Shown here: positions 10,382 through 22,605 of the stretch, one piece after another
Numbering within the stretch: position 1 is the stretch's first letter
Layout: the number at the start of each line of letters is the position of its first letter
Origin: Octopus sinensis
Taxonomy: Eukaryota
Assembly: GCF_006345805.1 (NCBI RefSeq)
Contig: NC_043000.1
Location: 28,086,001 to 28,150,000 of the forward strand
Direction: 5' to 3'
DNA: 64,000 bases
Translations under genes and position numbers: made by a program
The notes under the pieces: generated by a model
Database searches by the model: none
Told to the model about the DNA's origin: nothing
What the model saw: the letters and a program-made list of their open reading frames with translations, nothing else

Positions 10382-12806
10382 GAACTCCCTGGTTTGGATT
10401 TGAAAACACTGAAAGTGGGAGCATACCCTTTCGGCTTCCTCTCGCTTCTGAAGATCTGCTCGTAACTAACAGTGCCAACAAACTCAAAAATGCAAGCGAA
10501 GAATTTCTGCTCTCCCCTTTCCACCAGCGTGGGTTAAAATCAGTAAACACTATGCTTTTTTCGGTAAAATCCGCGGCATTATATAGAGAGAGATGAATTA
10601 TAATTTCAACAATGAGGGTAAAATTAATTAATTAATCAATTTCACCAAGTATTCAGTATGCAAAGGGACCATTTAAGGCGAATTCAAATTATTACATTAT
10701 ATAAAAGGGCTTAGTAAAATAAATTACTTTGCCGCATACTGAACTCATTAGAAATAGCAGCTAAAAAAACTTTTTTAAAACTATTTCTAATACTTAAAGA
10801 AAACCTCTCTCATATAGTGTTTGCTCAATTCAACTCACGCAAATATGGGGTAGGAGTAGAGACATTAAAAAATCAAGTGCAAAGGTTATTTGAGAACGTA
10901 CGTTTCAAGATTAGTCAAAGTCGACATTTATATCATCAGCTCAGAACTCCCTGGTTTGGTTTGATTTGAAAACACTGAAAGTGGGAGCATACCCTTCGGC
11001 TTCCTCTCGCTTCTGAAGATCTGCTCGTAACTAACAGTGCCAACAAACTCAAAAATGCAAGCGAAGAATTTCTGCTCTCCCCTTTCCACCAGCGTGGGTT
11101 AAAATCAGTAAACACTATGCTTTTTTCGGTAAAATCCGCGGCATTATATAGAGAGAGATGAATTATAATTTCAACAATTGAGGGTAAAATAATTAATTAA
11201 TCAATTTCACCAAGTATTCAGTATGCAAAGGACCATTTAAGGCGAATTCAAATTATTACATTATATAAAAGGGCTTAGTAAAATAAATTACTTTGCCGCA
11301 TACTGAACTCATTAGAAATAGCAGCTAAAAAAAACTTTTTTAAAACTATTTCTAATACTTAAAGAAAACCTCTCTCATATAGTGTTTGCTCAATTCAACT
11401 CACGCAAATATGGGGGTAGAGACATTAAAAAATCAAGTGCAAAGGTTATTTGAGAACGTACGTTTCAAGATTAGTCAAAGTCGACATTTCTATCATCAGC
11501 TCAGAACTCCCTGGTTTGGATTTGAAAACACTGAAAGTGGGAGCATACCCTTTCGGCTTCCTCTCGCTTCTGAAGATCTGCTCGTAACTAACAGTGCCAA
11601 CAAACTCAAAAATGCAAGCGAAGAATTTCTGCTCACCCCTTTCCACCAGCGTGGGTTAAAATCAGTAAACACTATGCTTTTTTCGGTAAAATCCGCGGCA
11701 TTATATAGAGAGAGATGAATTATAATTTCAACAATTGAGGGTAAAATTAATTAATTAATCAATTTCACCAAGTATTCAGTATGCAAAGGGACCATTTAAA
11801 GCGAATTCAAATTATTACATTATATAAAAGGGCTTAGTAAAAGAAATTACTTTGCCGCATACTGAACTCATTAGAAATAGCAGCTAAAAAAACTTTTTTA
11901 AAACTATTTCTAATACTTAAAGAAAACCTCTCTCATATAGTGTTTGCTCAATTCAAATCACGCAAATATGGGGGTAGAGACATTAAAAAATCAAGTGCAA
12001 AGGTTATTTGAGAACGTACGTTTCAAGATTAGTCAAAGTCGACATTTCTATCATCAGCTCAGAACTCCCTGGTTTGGATTTGAAAACACTGAAAGTGGGA
12101 GCATACCCTTTCGGCTTCCTCTCGCTTCTGAAGATCTGCTCGTAACTAACAGTGCCAACAAACTCAAAAATGCAAGCGAAGAATTTCTGCTCTCCCCTTT
12201 CCACCAGCGTGGGTTAAAATCAGTAAACACTATGCTTTTTTCGGTAAAATCCGCGGCATTATATAGAGAGAGATGAATTATAATTTCAACAATTGAGGGT
12301 AAAATTAATTAATCACCATTTTTTAATGTCTCTACCCCCATATTTGCGTGAGTTGAATTAAGCAAACACTATATGAGAGAGGTTTTCTTTAAGTATTAGA
12401 AATAGTTTTAAAAAAGTTTTTTTTAGCTGCTATTTCTAATGAGTTCAGTATGCGGCAAAGTAATTTCTTTTACTAAGCCCTTTTATATAATGTAATAATT
12501 TGAATTCGCTTTAAATGGTCCCTTTGCATACTGAATACTTGGTGAAATTGATTAATTAATTAATTTTACCCTCAATTGTTGAAATTATAATTCATCTCTC
12601 TCTATATAATGCCGCGGATTTTACCGAAAAAAGCATAGTGTTTACTGATTTTAACCCACGCTGGTGGAAAGGGGAGAGCAGAAATTCTTCGCGTGCATTT
12701 TTGAGTTTGTTGGCACTGTTAGTTACGAGCAGATCTTCAGAAGCGAGAGGAAGCCGAAAGGGTATGCTCCCACTTTCAGTGTTTTCAAATCCAAACCAGG
12801 GAGTTC

Positions 12807-12859
12807 TGAGCTGATGATAGAAATGTCGACTTTGACTAATCTTGAAACGTACGTTCTCA
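12807..12859 (+). ncRNA. Hammerhead-like motif in the inverted array segment
   Basis: Same sequence as 10329-10381, read on the plus strand. Confidence 0.5.
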
Positions 12860-13039
12860 AATAACCTTTGCACTTGATTTTTTAATGTCTCTACCCCCAT
12901 ATTTTCGTGAGTTGAATTGAGCAAACACTATATGAGAGAGGTTTTCTTTAAGTATTAGAAATAGTTTAAAAAAATTTTTTTAGCTGCTATTTCTAATGAG
13001 TTCAGTATGCGGCAAAGTAATTTATTTACTAAGCCCTTT

Positions 13040-13124
<85 letters not shown>

Positions 13125-13126
<2 letters not shown>

Positions 13127-14720
13127 TAGATAAGCTTAGATATGTTTCGACCAAACACTGGTCCAGGCCATGTCTAACTTAATTGCACCACCGGATTGGA
13201 TTATCTAAATCCTGTTTAAGTCAAGTTTTGTTTATGGTCCATTCAAGTAGTGAGTTCTTGTTGATTGAGTTGTATCCAGGTATGGGTAGCTTCTCCGGTA
13301 TTCTTTGATGAAATCTGTCCAGACTCCATATAAAGGTGATCTGGACTTTCCGCTTTGATCACTTTAGGGATAATGTTAAACAGGGCAGGGCTTGTTGAGG
13401 AAAAACATTTATGTCGCAGTGTACCTATATGCTGTGATCCTGAATTGGGCAGGAGATGTATGGCCCGTGGTCCCAGCCTTGGATGAACCTTGAAATTAAT
13501 GTTCAGGTCGTTTGGGCAATGCTGGCGGTATATATTCTCCACATCGTACAAATGATGTACCGCTTGCGGCGGCACTGGAGAGAGTAGAGTTTCAAGGCTT
13601 TAAGGCGGTCCCAATAATCAAGATCAGTCATGCCTTCAATTCGTTTAGTGAGTGCCCTCTGGGGTGATTCAATCTTTGAAATGTTTTGTTTTGTATGGGG
13701 AGACCACAAGGGGCAGTAGTATTCGAGGTGTGGCCGTTCAAAGGAGGAGAAAAGTGGAATGGTGACACCTTGTTCTCTGGTTCTTAAAAACCTACGAGCT
13801 ATATCGACCTTATTGTTTATGTGGACACTCCAACTGAGATTGTTATCAACAGTTACACCCAGGTCTCTGATAATATTAGAAGCCGTGAGTGTATGGCTGT
13901 TTTAGTATAGACTTTCTTCCAAAATGCATGAGCTCAAATTTTCCATCGTTCAGTTGCATTTTGTTTTTGTCTGCCCATTGACTCAGAGCATATAGATCAG
14001 ACTGGAGTTTAGTTCGGTCTTCTTAATTCATGATTTTCTAGAGCTTAGTGTCATCAGTAAATATTTTCACTTTACAGTGATTTACGACGCTGGAAAGGTC
14101 ATTTATGTAATTATAAAGAGGAGCAGGCCCAAGACAGGTCCTTGAGGGTCACCACAGGTGACTTTTGCTGAGCTTGAGTGGACTCCAGCGACCACAACCC
14201 CTTGTGTTTTCTATTCGCCAGGAAATACTTAATCTAGTTTAGAAGTTTTCCACAGGTTCCAACATTTGTCAAATTTGATAGTAAGATATTATGGTCAACC
14301 CTGTCGAACGCTTTACTGAAGTCAAGATATATGACATCAGAGTTCGAACCTGTAAATCTTCAATGTGGTGTAAGGGCTGTGTTGAACAATCCCTGCCCCA
14401 GCGAAAGTCATGCTTATTTGCATTTATGAGTGTGTGGGTATCCAGGAAGTTAGCTATCCTTGATCTTACCACTCTTTCAAACACTTTAATGATGTGGTAG
14501 GTGAGTGAGATTTCCCTGTTTCCCTGTTTGAAAACCGAGATGATAGACTGGGATTGGAGTTGTTTCGGTATATAACCTGATTCTAAAGAATTTCTCCAGA
14601 AGATGTTCAGAGGGACTGCAGGTTGGTGTCTATATTCCTTCAGGAGACTAGCGGGGAATCTATCAGGACCTACAGCAGAATAGTATTTGACCTCATTTAT
14701 TGCTGCTATGATGTCTGAGG
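13125..14720 (-). mobile_element. 5'-truncated, decayed CR1-like LINE ORF2 (RT domain and C-terminus) with 3' UTR ending at (TA)n
   Basis: Translations GPDRFPASLLKE, KVFERVV, DVIYLDFSKAFDRVDH, FTDDTK, LEYYCPLW and LDYWDRLKALKLYSLQCRR. Many frameshifts. Confidence 0.85.
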
Positions 14721-16003
14721 CGGTTCGGCAAAAGAGACCAGTAGAATTAATAGTAAGCTTACAAAGAATAAGTCCTGTGGTCAATTTGTTGGATTAAGGG
14801 TGGTGCCCCAGCATGTCTGCAGTCAAATGACTGAATCAAATAAAAGAATAAAAGAAATATATATTATACACACATATATATATATATATGTGTGTATAAA
14901 TGTATGTATGTATATATATATATATATATTTGTGTGTGTGTGTGTGTGTGTGTGTAGACACACACATGTTTGTGTGTTTGTGTTCTAGAAAATGAAACCG
15001 TTTGTTAAATTGACACTGAGTTTCTTCTAGTTGTTGTTAATGATGTTTTGATTGCTGCTGCTGTTGTTTTTTGCTCCAGTTGTACCACCTCAACCCAGTT
15101 CACCTCTGTTCAAAATTCCTCCACCCAACCCCATGATGGTCCTATTTTTTAGGAATGTCTACTATTCCTTACTGCTATTGTTATTTCTGCTGCTACGGCT
15201 GCTGCTATTATTGCTGCCATTGTCTTAGTGTTCGTTGTTGCCTTTTTGGTTGTTGTTATTGCAGTTTGTTTAGTCGGAGTAGTTCTTTCTGTTATTCTTA
15301 GTTCCAACGTAACGCTGATTGCAAAGATTTATGATTAAATGTAGCCAACTTGTCGCTTTTAATTTAAGCAGCTTATATTCAGTTGCCATGCTTGATCGCT
15401 ATATCCACAAGTTTTTTTTTATTCTCTCTCTGTTTGTTTTCTCTTATTCCTTTCTATTGAAGAGCGTAGACTCGAAATGTAAAAGACTTTCTCACATTCT
15501 CGAGCGTCAAACTAATACACTTACTTGTTGTTCATACACCCATCTTCGTCTTTTGTTTTTCTATAAATTTCAATTATATTCAGAACCGCTTTATATAACG
15601 GTTCTTCCTCATTTATAACGACAACGTTTCGGTATTATGAAATTTAGTTTCTGTATTTAACAAACTGTGTCACCATTTCAGTCAAGTCCAAGATTTCTAC
15701 CATCTTTTCCCTGTTATTTTTTTATGCTGTTCTACCAGCCTCATTTGTGACTTTCCTGTACTTCTTTTACTTGAGAGGGGCTGTTCACGGATGGGTTTAT
15801 GTGATAGATGTAGGGTATTGTGTTACCGCCATGCTGGAACTGATCAAGTTACAAAGTGAGCCTGGCGAACGATAGCCAACATGTCATTTATGAATGTCTT
15901 TAACTATTGCTGATACTGTCTCTTCGAAGTCCCAATTCCGCATAATATTTTACAAAGTATTACAAAATTATTGTGTGTGTTTTTTAAATATAAAAAAAAT
16001 ATA

Positions 16004-16257
16004 AATAAATGCGCCCTTTTAAAGCCTAACCAGACTTATGGGCCCGGTTTCCCGGTTTCTATGGCGTATGTGTTCCCCAGCTGGACGGGACGCCAGTCCA
16101 TCGCAGCGTTACTCATTTTTGCCAGCTGAGTGGACTGGAGCAATGTGAAATGAAGTGTTTTGCTTAAGAACACAACGCGTCGCCCGGCCCAGGAATCGAA
16201 ACCACAATCCTACGAACATGATGCTGACACTCTAACCACTAAGCTACGCGCCTCCAC
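16004..16257 (-). mobile_element. tRNA-derived SINE (head C + tail T1)
   Basis: Reverse complement is nearly collinear with 46153-46416; A and B boxes in the head. Confidence 0.8.
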
Positions 16258-17199
16258 TTTGTTTTTTAAATATATTTAGAGCTAAATCTTCACTGAGTTT
16301 GAATAATTTCTGTAATGATTATCTCCCTTACTACGTAAAGCCAATAGCTTCCATGTTGTCCCCAACAATACAATCTTTTAAAGTGTTATATGATTCACTT
16401 TACCAGTATAGGCTACGTAACTTGTCTCTTATACTTCTATATCTTTCGCAATGCAATTGTTAGTGTTAGTCATCTAAGATCGAACTTACATGCATGAATA
16501 TATAGAAAGCAATTACCCATGAATATTCAATACATGCATTTCATCGACTTAAGACGTTTCCTTCTTTTCAGTTCGTTTTTGAGTCCTGAATGTCTTTCAC
16601 TGTGTTATCTAGAAACATTAACCCGCACAACGAATTACACTTTAGTTGATTAAATTCAATATTTGTTTAATAATTTTGTTACGAGGAACGTTATAAGGCA
16701 TATAAATGGCAATGATATCTAACACGTTATTCATCCAAACAACAAGCCCATTCTCACAAATTCATTTAATGCCCTTATTTTATTAATGCCTCCTTGCCTT
16801 GCAAAACAGATGCATGAATATTTATTTACTGGTATATGCATACATATTCCATCTAACACATATAAAAGAAAACGTTGCTGATTCTTTACAGAAGTATCAA
16901 CGTTAAATATATCAACGTAATTGTATGTATGTATGTATGTATGTATGTATGTATGTATGTATGTATGTATGTATGTATGTATGTATGTATGTATGTATGA
17001 GGCATGAGATAAATGTAAAGTCAGACTGGATATGAATATACTAAGTAATATATGGAAGACATTCTGATGTCAGAGGCTGTGTGTAAATCAAAAGATAAAT
17101 ATATATATTTTTTTCTTCGTCAGTATTACGTCATGTTGTACGTCATGTACATATGTTTTCAAAAAGGTTAGGCTACATGATAACTCACATGCAGTATAT

Positions 17200-18100
17200 T
17201 TTCTGTTGAAAACATTATCGCCTCGAACACGGACAGCCAAACAAATTTACTCTGTCTTCTTCCAAGATATTTCCCCAGATGTCCTCCATATAACTAAATC
17301 TACACCCTCCAAACTCCATGTCGTTTATTTGGATTACCTAACTCTGCTTGTCATAACAAGATATCTGCTTACTTGGCGCAGAATTTTTACTATCACCCAC
17401 TGCAAAGCATTATTCCACCATGATAATCCAAAGAAACCATTGTACAGGGTGTCCGAAAAGTCTGGGTACATGGGGATTAACACATACTTTAAGAAATTAT
17501 TACTTATATTTAATTATATATGTTATGATTTTATTTACTCCATGTACCCACATGGGGATTAACACATACTTTAAGAAATTATTTCTTATATTTAATTATT
17601 TATGTTATGACTTTATTTACTCCATGTACCCACATGGGGATTAACACATACTTTAAGAAATTATTACTTATATTTAATTATATATGTTATGATTTTATCT
17701 ACTCCATGTACCCACAAGGGGATTAACACATACTTTAAGAAATTATTATTTCTTGTATTTAATTGTTTATGCTATGATTTTATTTACTGCATGTACCCAG
17801 ACTTTGTGGATACCCTGTATATTGATTTGCCTGAAAGCTTTTCCCACTACAAATACCAGTTACTTCTATTCGTTCCAGTATTTCAAAGATGAAAAATGCA
17901 TTTTACACTGCTCCTTCAACGATATCTCTTTGCAGTTTCCTTCTTATCAGAACCCGGTAGAGATTCTGTGGGGCAACATATACTTTGGATTTCCTTTCTG
18001 TTTTGTTATTCACCAGCTATTTCTCTCCTTTGAAAATTTACGGGAAGTGATACCAGTTGCCCTCGACGTGAACAAAATATTTAATTGTGTCTGCCATGAT
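17200..18100 (-). mobile_element. Highly degenerate RTE-like RT fragment interrupted by a MITE
   Basis: Minus-strand pieces NAFFIF, VFVVGKAF, LSWW and SRVR align with the RTE DAIF..FVDLEKAFD..WW..SRVR blocks once the MITE is removed. Confidence 0.45.
17445..17817. mobile_element. Tc1/mariner-type MITE containing four tandem 82-85 bp internal units
   Basis: TA flanks at 17443-17444 and 17818-17819. TIRs CAGGGTGTCCGAAAAGTCTGGGTACAT / ATGTACCCAGACTTTGTGGATACCCTG. Units start at 17468, 17550, 17632 and 17714. Confidence 0.85.
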
Positions 18101-18286
18101 AGTACACAATATGTTCCCTGACAGTAAGCTGCATCAAATAATAACAACTCATAGTCAGTTGATATGCGTCTTATGAATGCTTATTCTATCAATTCGGAAC
18201 TAACTCATGGTTCAAATATATCACATACCTCACCTTTGCTCTTCTTTCTGTGCTTTGGTGTCTTCTCACAACGTGCAACGGGCCAT

Positions 18287-18325
18287 ATCAGAAGGCTGAG
18301 TGTTCGAATCACGTCGAGGTCACCA
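18287..18325 (+). pseudogene. 3' half of tRNA-Trp(CCA) ending in genomic CCA
   Basis: ATCAGAAGGCTGAGTGTTCGAATCACGTCGAGGTCA-CCA closely resembles the 3' half of metazoan tRNA-Trp as I recall it. A remnant GTGCAACGG of the D-arm lies just upstream. Confidence 0.7.
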
Positions 18326-18642
18326 ATTGTAACAGGATGAGAGGTCCCCACACTGGAAACGTGCAGCTCGCATCCTTTAGATTGAATATTAATCGAAGGA
18401 AAGAGTCAAGACTTCCGATTAACTTCAACAGAATAAATATTTATTTCTTCTTTCTGGGCGAATTGGCAGCCTAGGAGCTTATCGCAGTAGTCAAGTGGAG
18501 TGAGCCAAATCCTGTCCGTTCAAGCATAGCGGAGATACACCACAAGGTAGCAGCTTGAGAGAGCTGATGAAACACGACTGTCTTGTTCAGCTGCCGGCGT
18601 TCGAGAGAATGATACGAGGGAATTTCACTGCTGCTAATTTTC

Positions 18643-18727
18643 TGCGCATGCGCATGTGGGAACTTCCGGCAGGCCTCCCGGAAGAATCCAACACTGGGCA
18701 AGCGCGCTGGAGATTTCCAAGATGGCG
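18643..18727. promoter_or_regulatory. Housekeeping-type, possibly bidirectional promoter motif cluster
   Basis: NRF1-type palindrome TGCGCATGCGCA at 18643-18654, opposed ETS-type sites ACTTCCGG (18662) and CCGGAAG (18678), and YY1-type CAAGATGGCG at 18718-18727, all in a unique CpG-rich patch. Confidence 0.6.
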
Positions 18728-18738
18728 TCACTACAAAC
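18722..18738 (+). CDS. Candidate first coding exon (MASLQT..., phase 2 donor GTAATA)
   Basis: ATG sits within AAGATGGCG directly after the promoter motifs, followed by GT at 18739. Product unidentified. Confidence 0.3.
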
Positions 18739-19414
18739 GTAATATTCGTACATGAATCCCAACACTCTTCATACACCATTAACGTTCCGTATACAGTATC
18801 AAGAAACTTCTGTCTCTCGCTCCAGTTTTGTACTGATTACATGTATAGAAATCTCCAAAGATGTGTCAATATGGACACAGCTTAACTTCAACTGTACGAG
18901 ACACAATCCATGCACATATAAAGCACTACATCCTCTCCAGGCACGGGTAATATCCATATTATACCATCAAACTCGTTATAGGTCTTGGATTTCATAATCT
19001 CATATGAGCGTTTATGCATAACGGCCTCAGAATTTCATAACATTGTAAAACTGTGTCCCAAATACTAAACTCCGCTTTAAAGAAATCTGATCAGCCCTGA
19101 ATCTGTGTTCACCAACACCGAGATAACAGCAAAACCAACAAAACCAACTATTACTATCACTGTTGTTGCTAAGGCGGTGAGCTGGCAGAATCGTTATCTT
19201 AGCGGTATTTCTTCTGACTTCATGTTTTGAGTTCAAATGGAGTCGGCTTTGCTTTTCATCCTCGCGAGGTCGATAAAATAAGTTACCGGTTGAGCACTTC
19301 GATCAATGTAATCGATTCCTCCTCCTCCTCCAAAACTGCTGGCTTTGTGCCAAAATGTCTAGCCAATATTACTGCTTTGTTTGTTTGTTTGTTTGTTTGT
19401 TTGTTGAGCGAAGC

Positions 19415-19700
19415 AGGTCTTCGTCCCAGAGCTCGCAAGATCGCGCCTCAGGATTGTCTGTAGTGGGAGAAGTCCGAAACGTGGTCCTTTGCTATTCGTA
19501 AGACCCGCAGAAGAGAAAGCAGGTCATCTTCGACACCGACAGATGGATAAATGCGCATCCAGGCTCAGCGGTTGCGTAGGAAGTCGGGGACAAGAAACAG
19601 GAAGAAAGAGTGAGAGAAAGTTGGAGCGAAAGAGTACAACAGGGGTCACCACCACCCCCTGCCGGAGCCTCGTGGAGCTTTAGGTGTTACTGCTGCTGCT
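19415..19700 (-). mobile_element. SINE body type D with a distinct tail, head missing
   Basis: Shares the GAAAGAGTGAGAGAAAGTTG..CCGGAGCC block with 48420-48510 and the reverse complement of 670-760. Confidence 0.55.
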
Positions 19701-19859
19701 ACTACTACAACCTCTTCGGCTGCTACTATTACTAATATTGTTGCTGCAGCTACTATTACCACTGTAGCTTTTCCTCCTCTCCCTACTACTACAAATGCAA
19801 ACATTACCACGTACATCAGAACGTCATCTGGTTGATTGGTCATTCTCAGCATCTATTAG

Positions 19860-19912
<53 letters not shown>

Positions 19913-20430
19913 CTCTTCTCCTCTCCCTCGCAAGGCTACAACAACAACGTCTCTTTTGAATTATTTACAATGGTACAAGTTCCGCCTAACATACTCGCGA
20001 TAGTGCCTCTCATCTTTTTCTCATTCCTGCTGTATCCCATTCCAAAAATCTCCGAATTAAAATTTTCCTGAAGCATTCTCTCCGGAAACAAAAAAAAAAC
20101 ACCTTCAGGGAATCCTTCCTTCTAATAAATATCGAAATATTTCAGGGATCACTTCTGCTCTTTTTTTTTTGTTTGTTTGTTTTTAAAATGATAAGGATTT
20201 TTCAGAGAAGTTTTATGGTTTCGTGTTGACACCAATTTCGAAAATGCTTTGTGTTGAAAGTACTTTGGGAGAGCGAAGTGAAAAAAAGGGAAAACAATGC
20301 ATTTTTTCTATTTTGTTTTTTATTGTATTGCTTTCAAAATGTTATTTTGCTCTTTTATATTAAATGTCTTACACAAATTTAGAGAAATCAGTGTAGTTGT
20401 TATCATTATTATCATTGTTATTATTAGTTG

Positions 20431-20504
<74 letters not shown>

Positions 20505-21419
20505 GTGTGCGTTCTTCGTATTTCTCAGTTGAATGACTTCTTCGATTTTGTAGAGGTAGAGTATAAAAGATTATTACAGCAATGTAATACAAGATTCTTT
20601 TTCATTTCTTTCTGCGCCAGGGAGGAATCATAATATATTTGATGATTTAAAGAGCTACTATAATTCGCAAGAGCAACGCCAAGCAATGAATAAAAAAGGT
20701 TTTATGAGAAGCCATAAATTTGTTGAATAAGATTATTGAAGGATAAAAAGAAGAAAAAAACATGTAAACAAAATAAATAGATTTTGTAAGAAGATATAGA
20801 CGTTTTATCCCCACAGGGTAGAAAGTTGTTTTTACGTAGGTTAAAGAAATCTAGAGTTGTGTTTTATGTAGATTAAAGGAAGCCAGTGTTTAAGGGTTAC
20901 ATCTATGAATCTCAGGAAAGATGGTTTTTGTGACCTTCAGAGAAAAAATGTTTTGATGAAAAAGAGTCCCACAAATGAGACGGATAAGAAAAACGACAAA
21001 TAAAGAAGTAAATAAAACGATGAAAAAATTTAGCAGCTGAACAAACGAAAAGAAAGAACAAGATTAGTACAATGAATAGATAAGTGTTACAGAATGTATA
21101 GTAAATGTTGATAGTTACTTTTGATAGGTTTTCTTGGCGAAGTAGTAAGTATTTGACTGTATGAAAGAGAAAATCTGGAAATATAAAACGCTAGCTACGA
21201 AACAAATAAAATAGACACAATACATTTGAACTTACGATTCCTAAGTTGGCAGTTCAATCTTTCTGTATTCAGTCGAAAATGGAGCTTTTGAACCAAAGGC
21301 TCCACTTCTGATCTCACCCAACAATGTTACGTTTTGTATATTCTAAATTCTATATAATGGTTTCGATCTTTATGCTTTTGGCACGTATTTATGCTGAATT
21401 GCTATTACCATTGCCGCAC

Positions 21420-21652
21420 GGCGGCGAGCTGGCAGAATCGTTAGCACGCCGGGTGAAATGTCTAGCAGTATTTCGTCTGCGCTACGTGCTGAGTTCAAAT
21501 TCCGCCGAGGTCGACTTTGCCTTTCATCATTTCGGGGTCGATAAATTAAGTACCAGTTACGCACTGGGATCGATGTAATCGATTTGATCCGTTTGTCTGT
21601 CCTTGTTTGTCCTCTCTGTGTTTAACCCCTTGTTGATAGTAAAAGAAATAGG
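21420..21652 (+). mobile_element. tRNA-derived SINE family B, full length
   Basis: GGCGGCGAGCTGGCAGAATCGTTAGCACGCCGGG..GAGTTCAAATTCCGCCGAGGTCGAC..GGGGTCGATAAATTAAGTACCAG. Further copies or fragments at about 1245, 19175, 23335, 38700, 38830 and 44495. Confidence 0.85.
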
Positions 21653-21705
21653 TATTATCAATGCCGCATCGGATTAAATATCTTGCCTATTTAGTTCCAG
21701 TTGTC

Positions 21706-21758
21706 AATCCCACAATGATTGTTTAATCCCACAATGATTGTTTAATCCCACAATGATT
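21706..21758. repeat. 19 bp minisatellite, 2.8 perfect copies
   Basis: AATCCCACAATGATTGTTT repeated contiguously with no spacers. Confidence 0.9.
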
Positions 21759-22174
21759 AAAATTTCCTTCTCCCCTTTCGAGGTTGAGTAATGAAATACC
21801 GGTACAGGATTTCTGGAACTTTTGGCGTGTCTAAGGATATTTGGTCCTGCTTTCTTTTCCATTCTGTGTTCCAATTTTTTTACTTTACTTTGGTATCACC
21901 AGCCGCAATTTTATTTGCCAAACATTGACACCAAGTCCAATAGACTGAGCCTATCTTTGAAACTCCATGGAAATCACAAAATTAAAGTGGTGTGAGTTCA
22001 TAATAGCCTCATACATGGGAAGATAAGGCTGGTGTTTCAAATACATTTAACATTGAATTATACATAATTAAAATTAGATGAAAATTAAAATGGAAAGATG
22101 GAGATGATAAATCGATAACAGAACATGCCCGGTATTTATTTTTTTGATACCAATAACAGACAATTAAATATTCT

Positions 22175-22605
22175 TTTCTAATCAAGGCACAGGGCCCGAA
22201 ATTTGGGGGGAGGAGCCAGTCGATTAGATCGTCCCCAGTATGGGAGTGGTGCTTAATTTATCGACCCCGAAAGGATGAAAGAAAAGCAAAGTTGACCTTG
22301 ACGGAATTCGAACTCAGAACGTAAAGACAGACGAAATACGGTTAAGCATTTCGCCAGGCGTGCTAACGTTTCTTATTTCTTTATTGCCCAGAAGGGGCTA
22401 AGCATAGAGGGGACAAATAAGGACAGACAAAAGGATTAAGTCGATTATATCGACCTCAGTGCGTAACTGGTACTTAATTTATCGACTCCGAAAGGTTGAA
22501 AGGCAAAGTTGATCTCAGCAGAATTTGAACTCAGAACGTAACGACAGATGAAATACTGCTAAGCATTTCGCCCGGCGTCCTAACGTTTCTGCCAGCTCGC
22601 CGCCT
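22175..22605 (-). mobile_element. Two adjacent SINE B copies in tandem
   Basis: Two successive ATCGAC..GAAAGG..GAACTCAGAACGTAA..CGAAATAC blocks. Confidence 0.75.

Larger units (their letters stand above)
10044..13047. repeat. Tandem array of a about 557 bp unit (starts 10044, 10600, 11165, 11722, partial 12280) followed by an inverted 1.3-unit segment (12318-13047), bounded by (TA)n at both ends
   Basis: Units read directly and are near-identical. Orientation switches at 12315-12318. Confidence 0.95.

Noticed and set aside
10264-12924. Repeated 110 aa and 66 aa ORFs in the tandem array
   Set aside because: The start codon is non-ATG, copy 2 is frameshifted and no domain is recognisable; these are incidental ORFs of a non-coding repeat
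15452-15486. TTGAAGA-GCGTAGACTC-GAAA-TGTA hammerhead-like motif
   Set aside because: Stem I and stem III do not pair convincingly in this copy
21706-21758. Short direct repeats as a CRISPR array
   Set aside because: No spacers, only three units, and eukaryotic context
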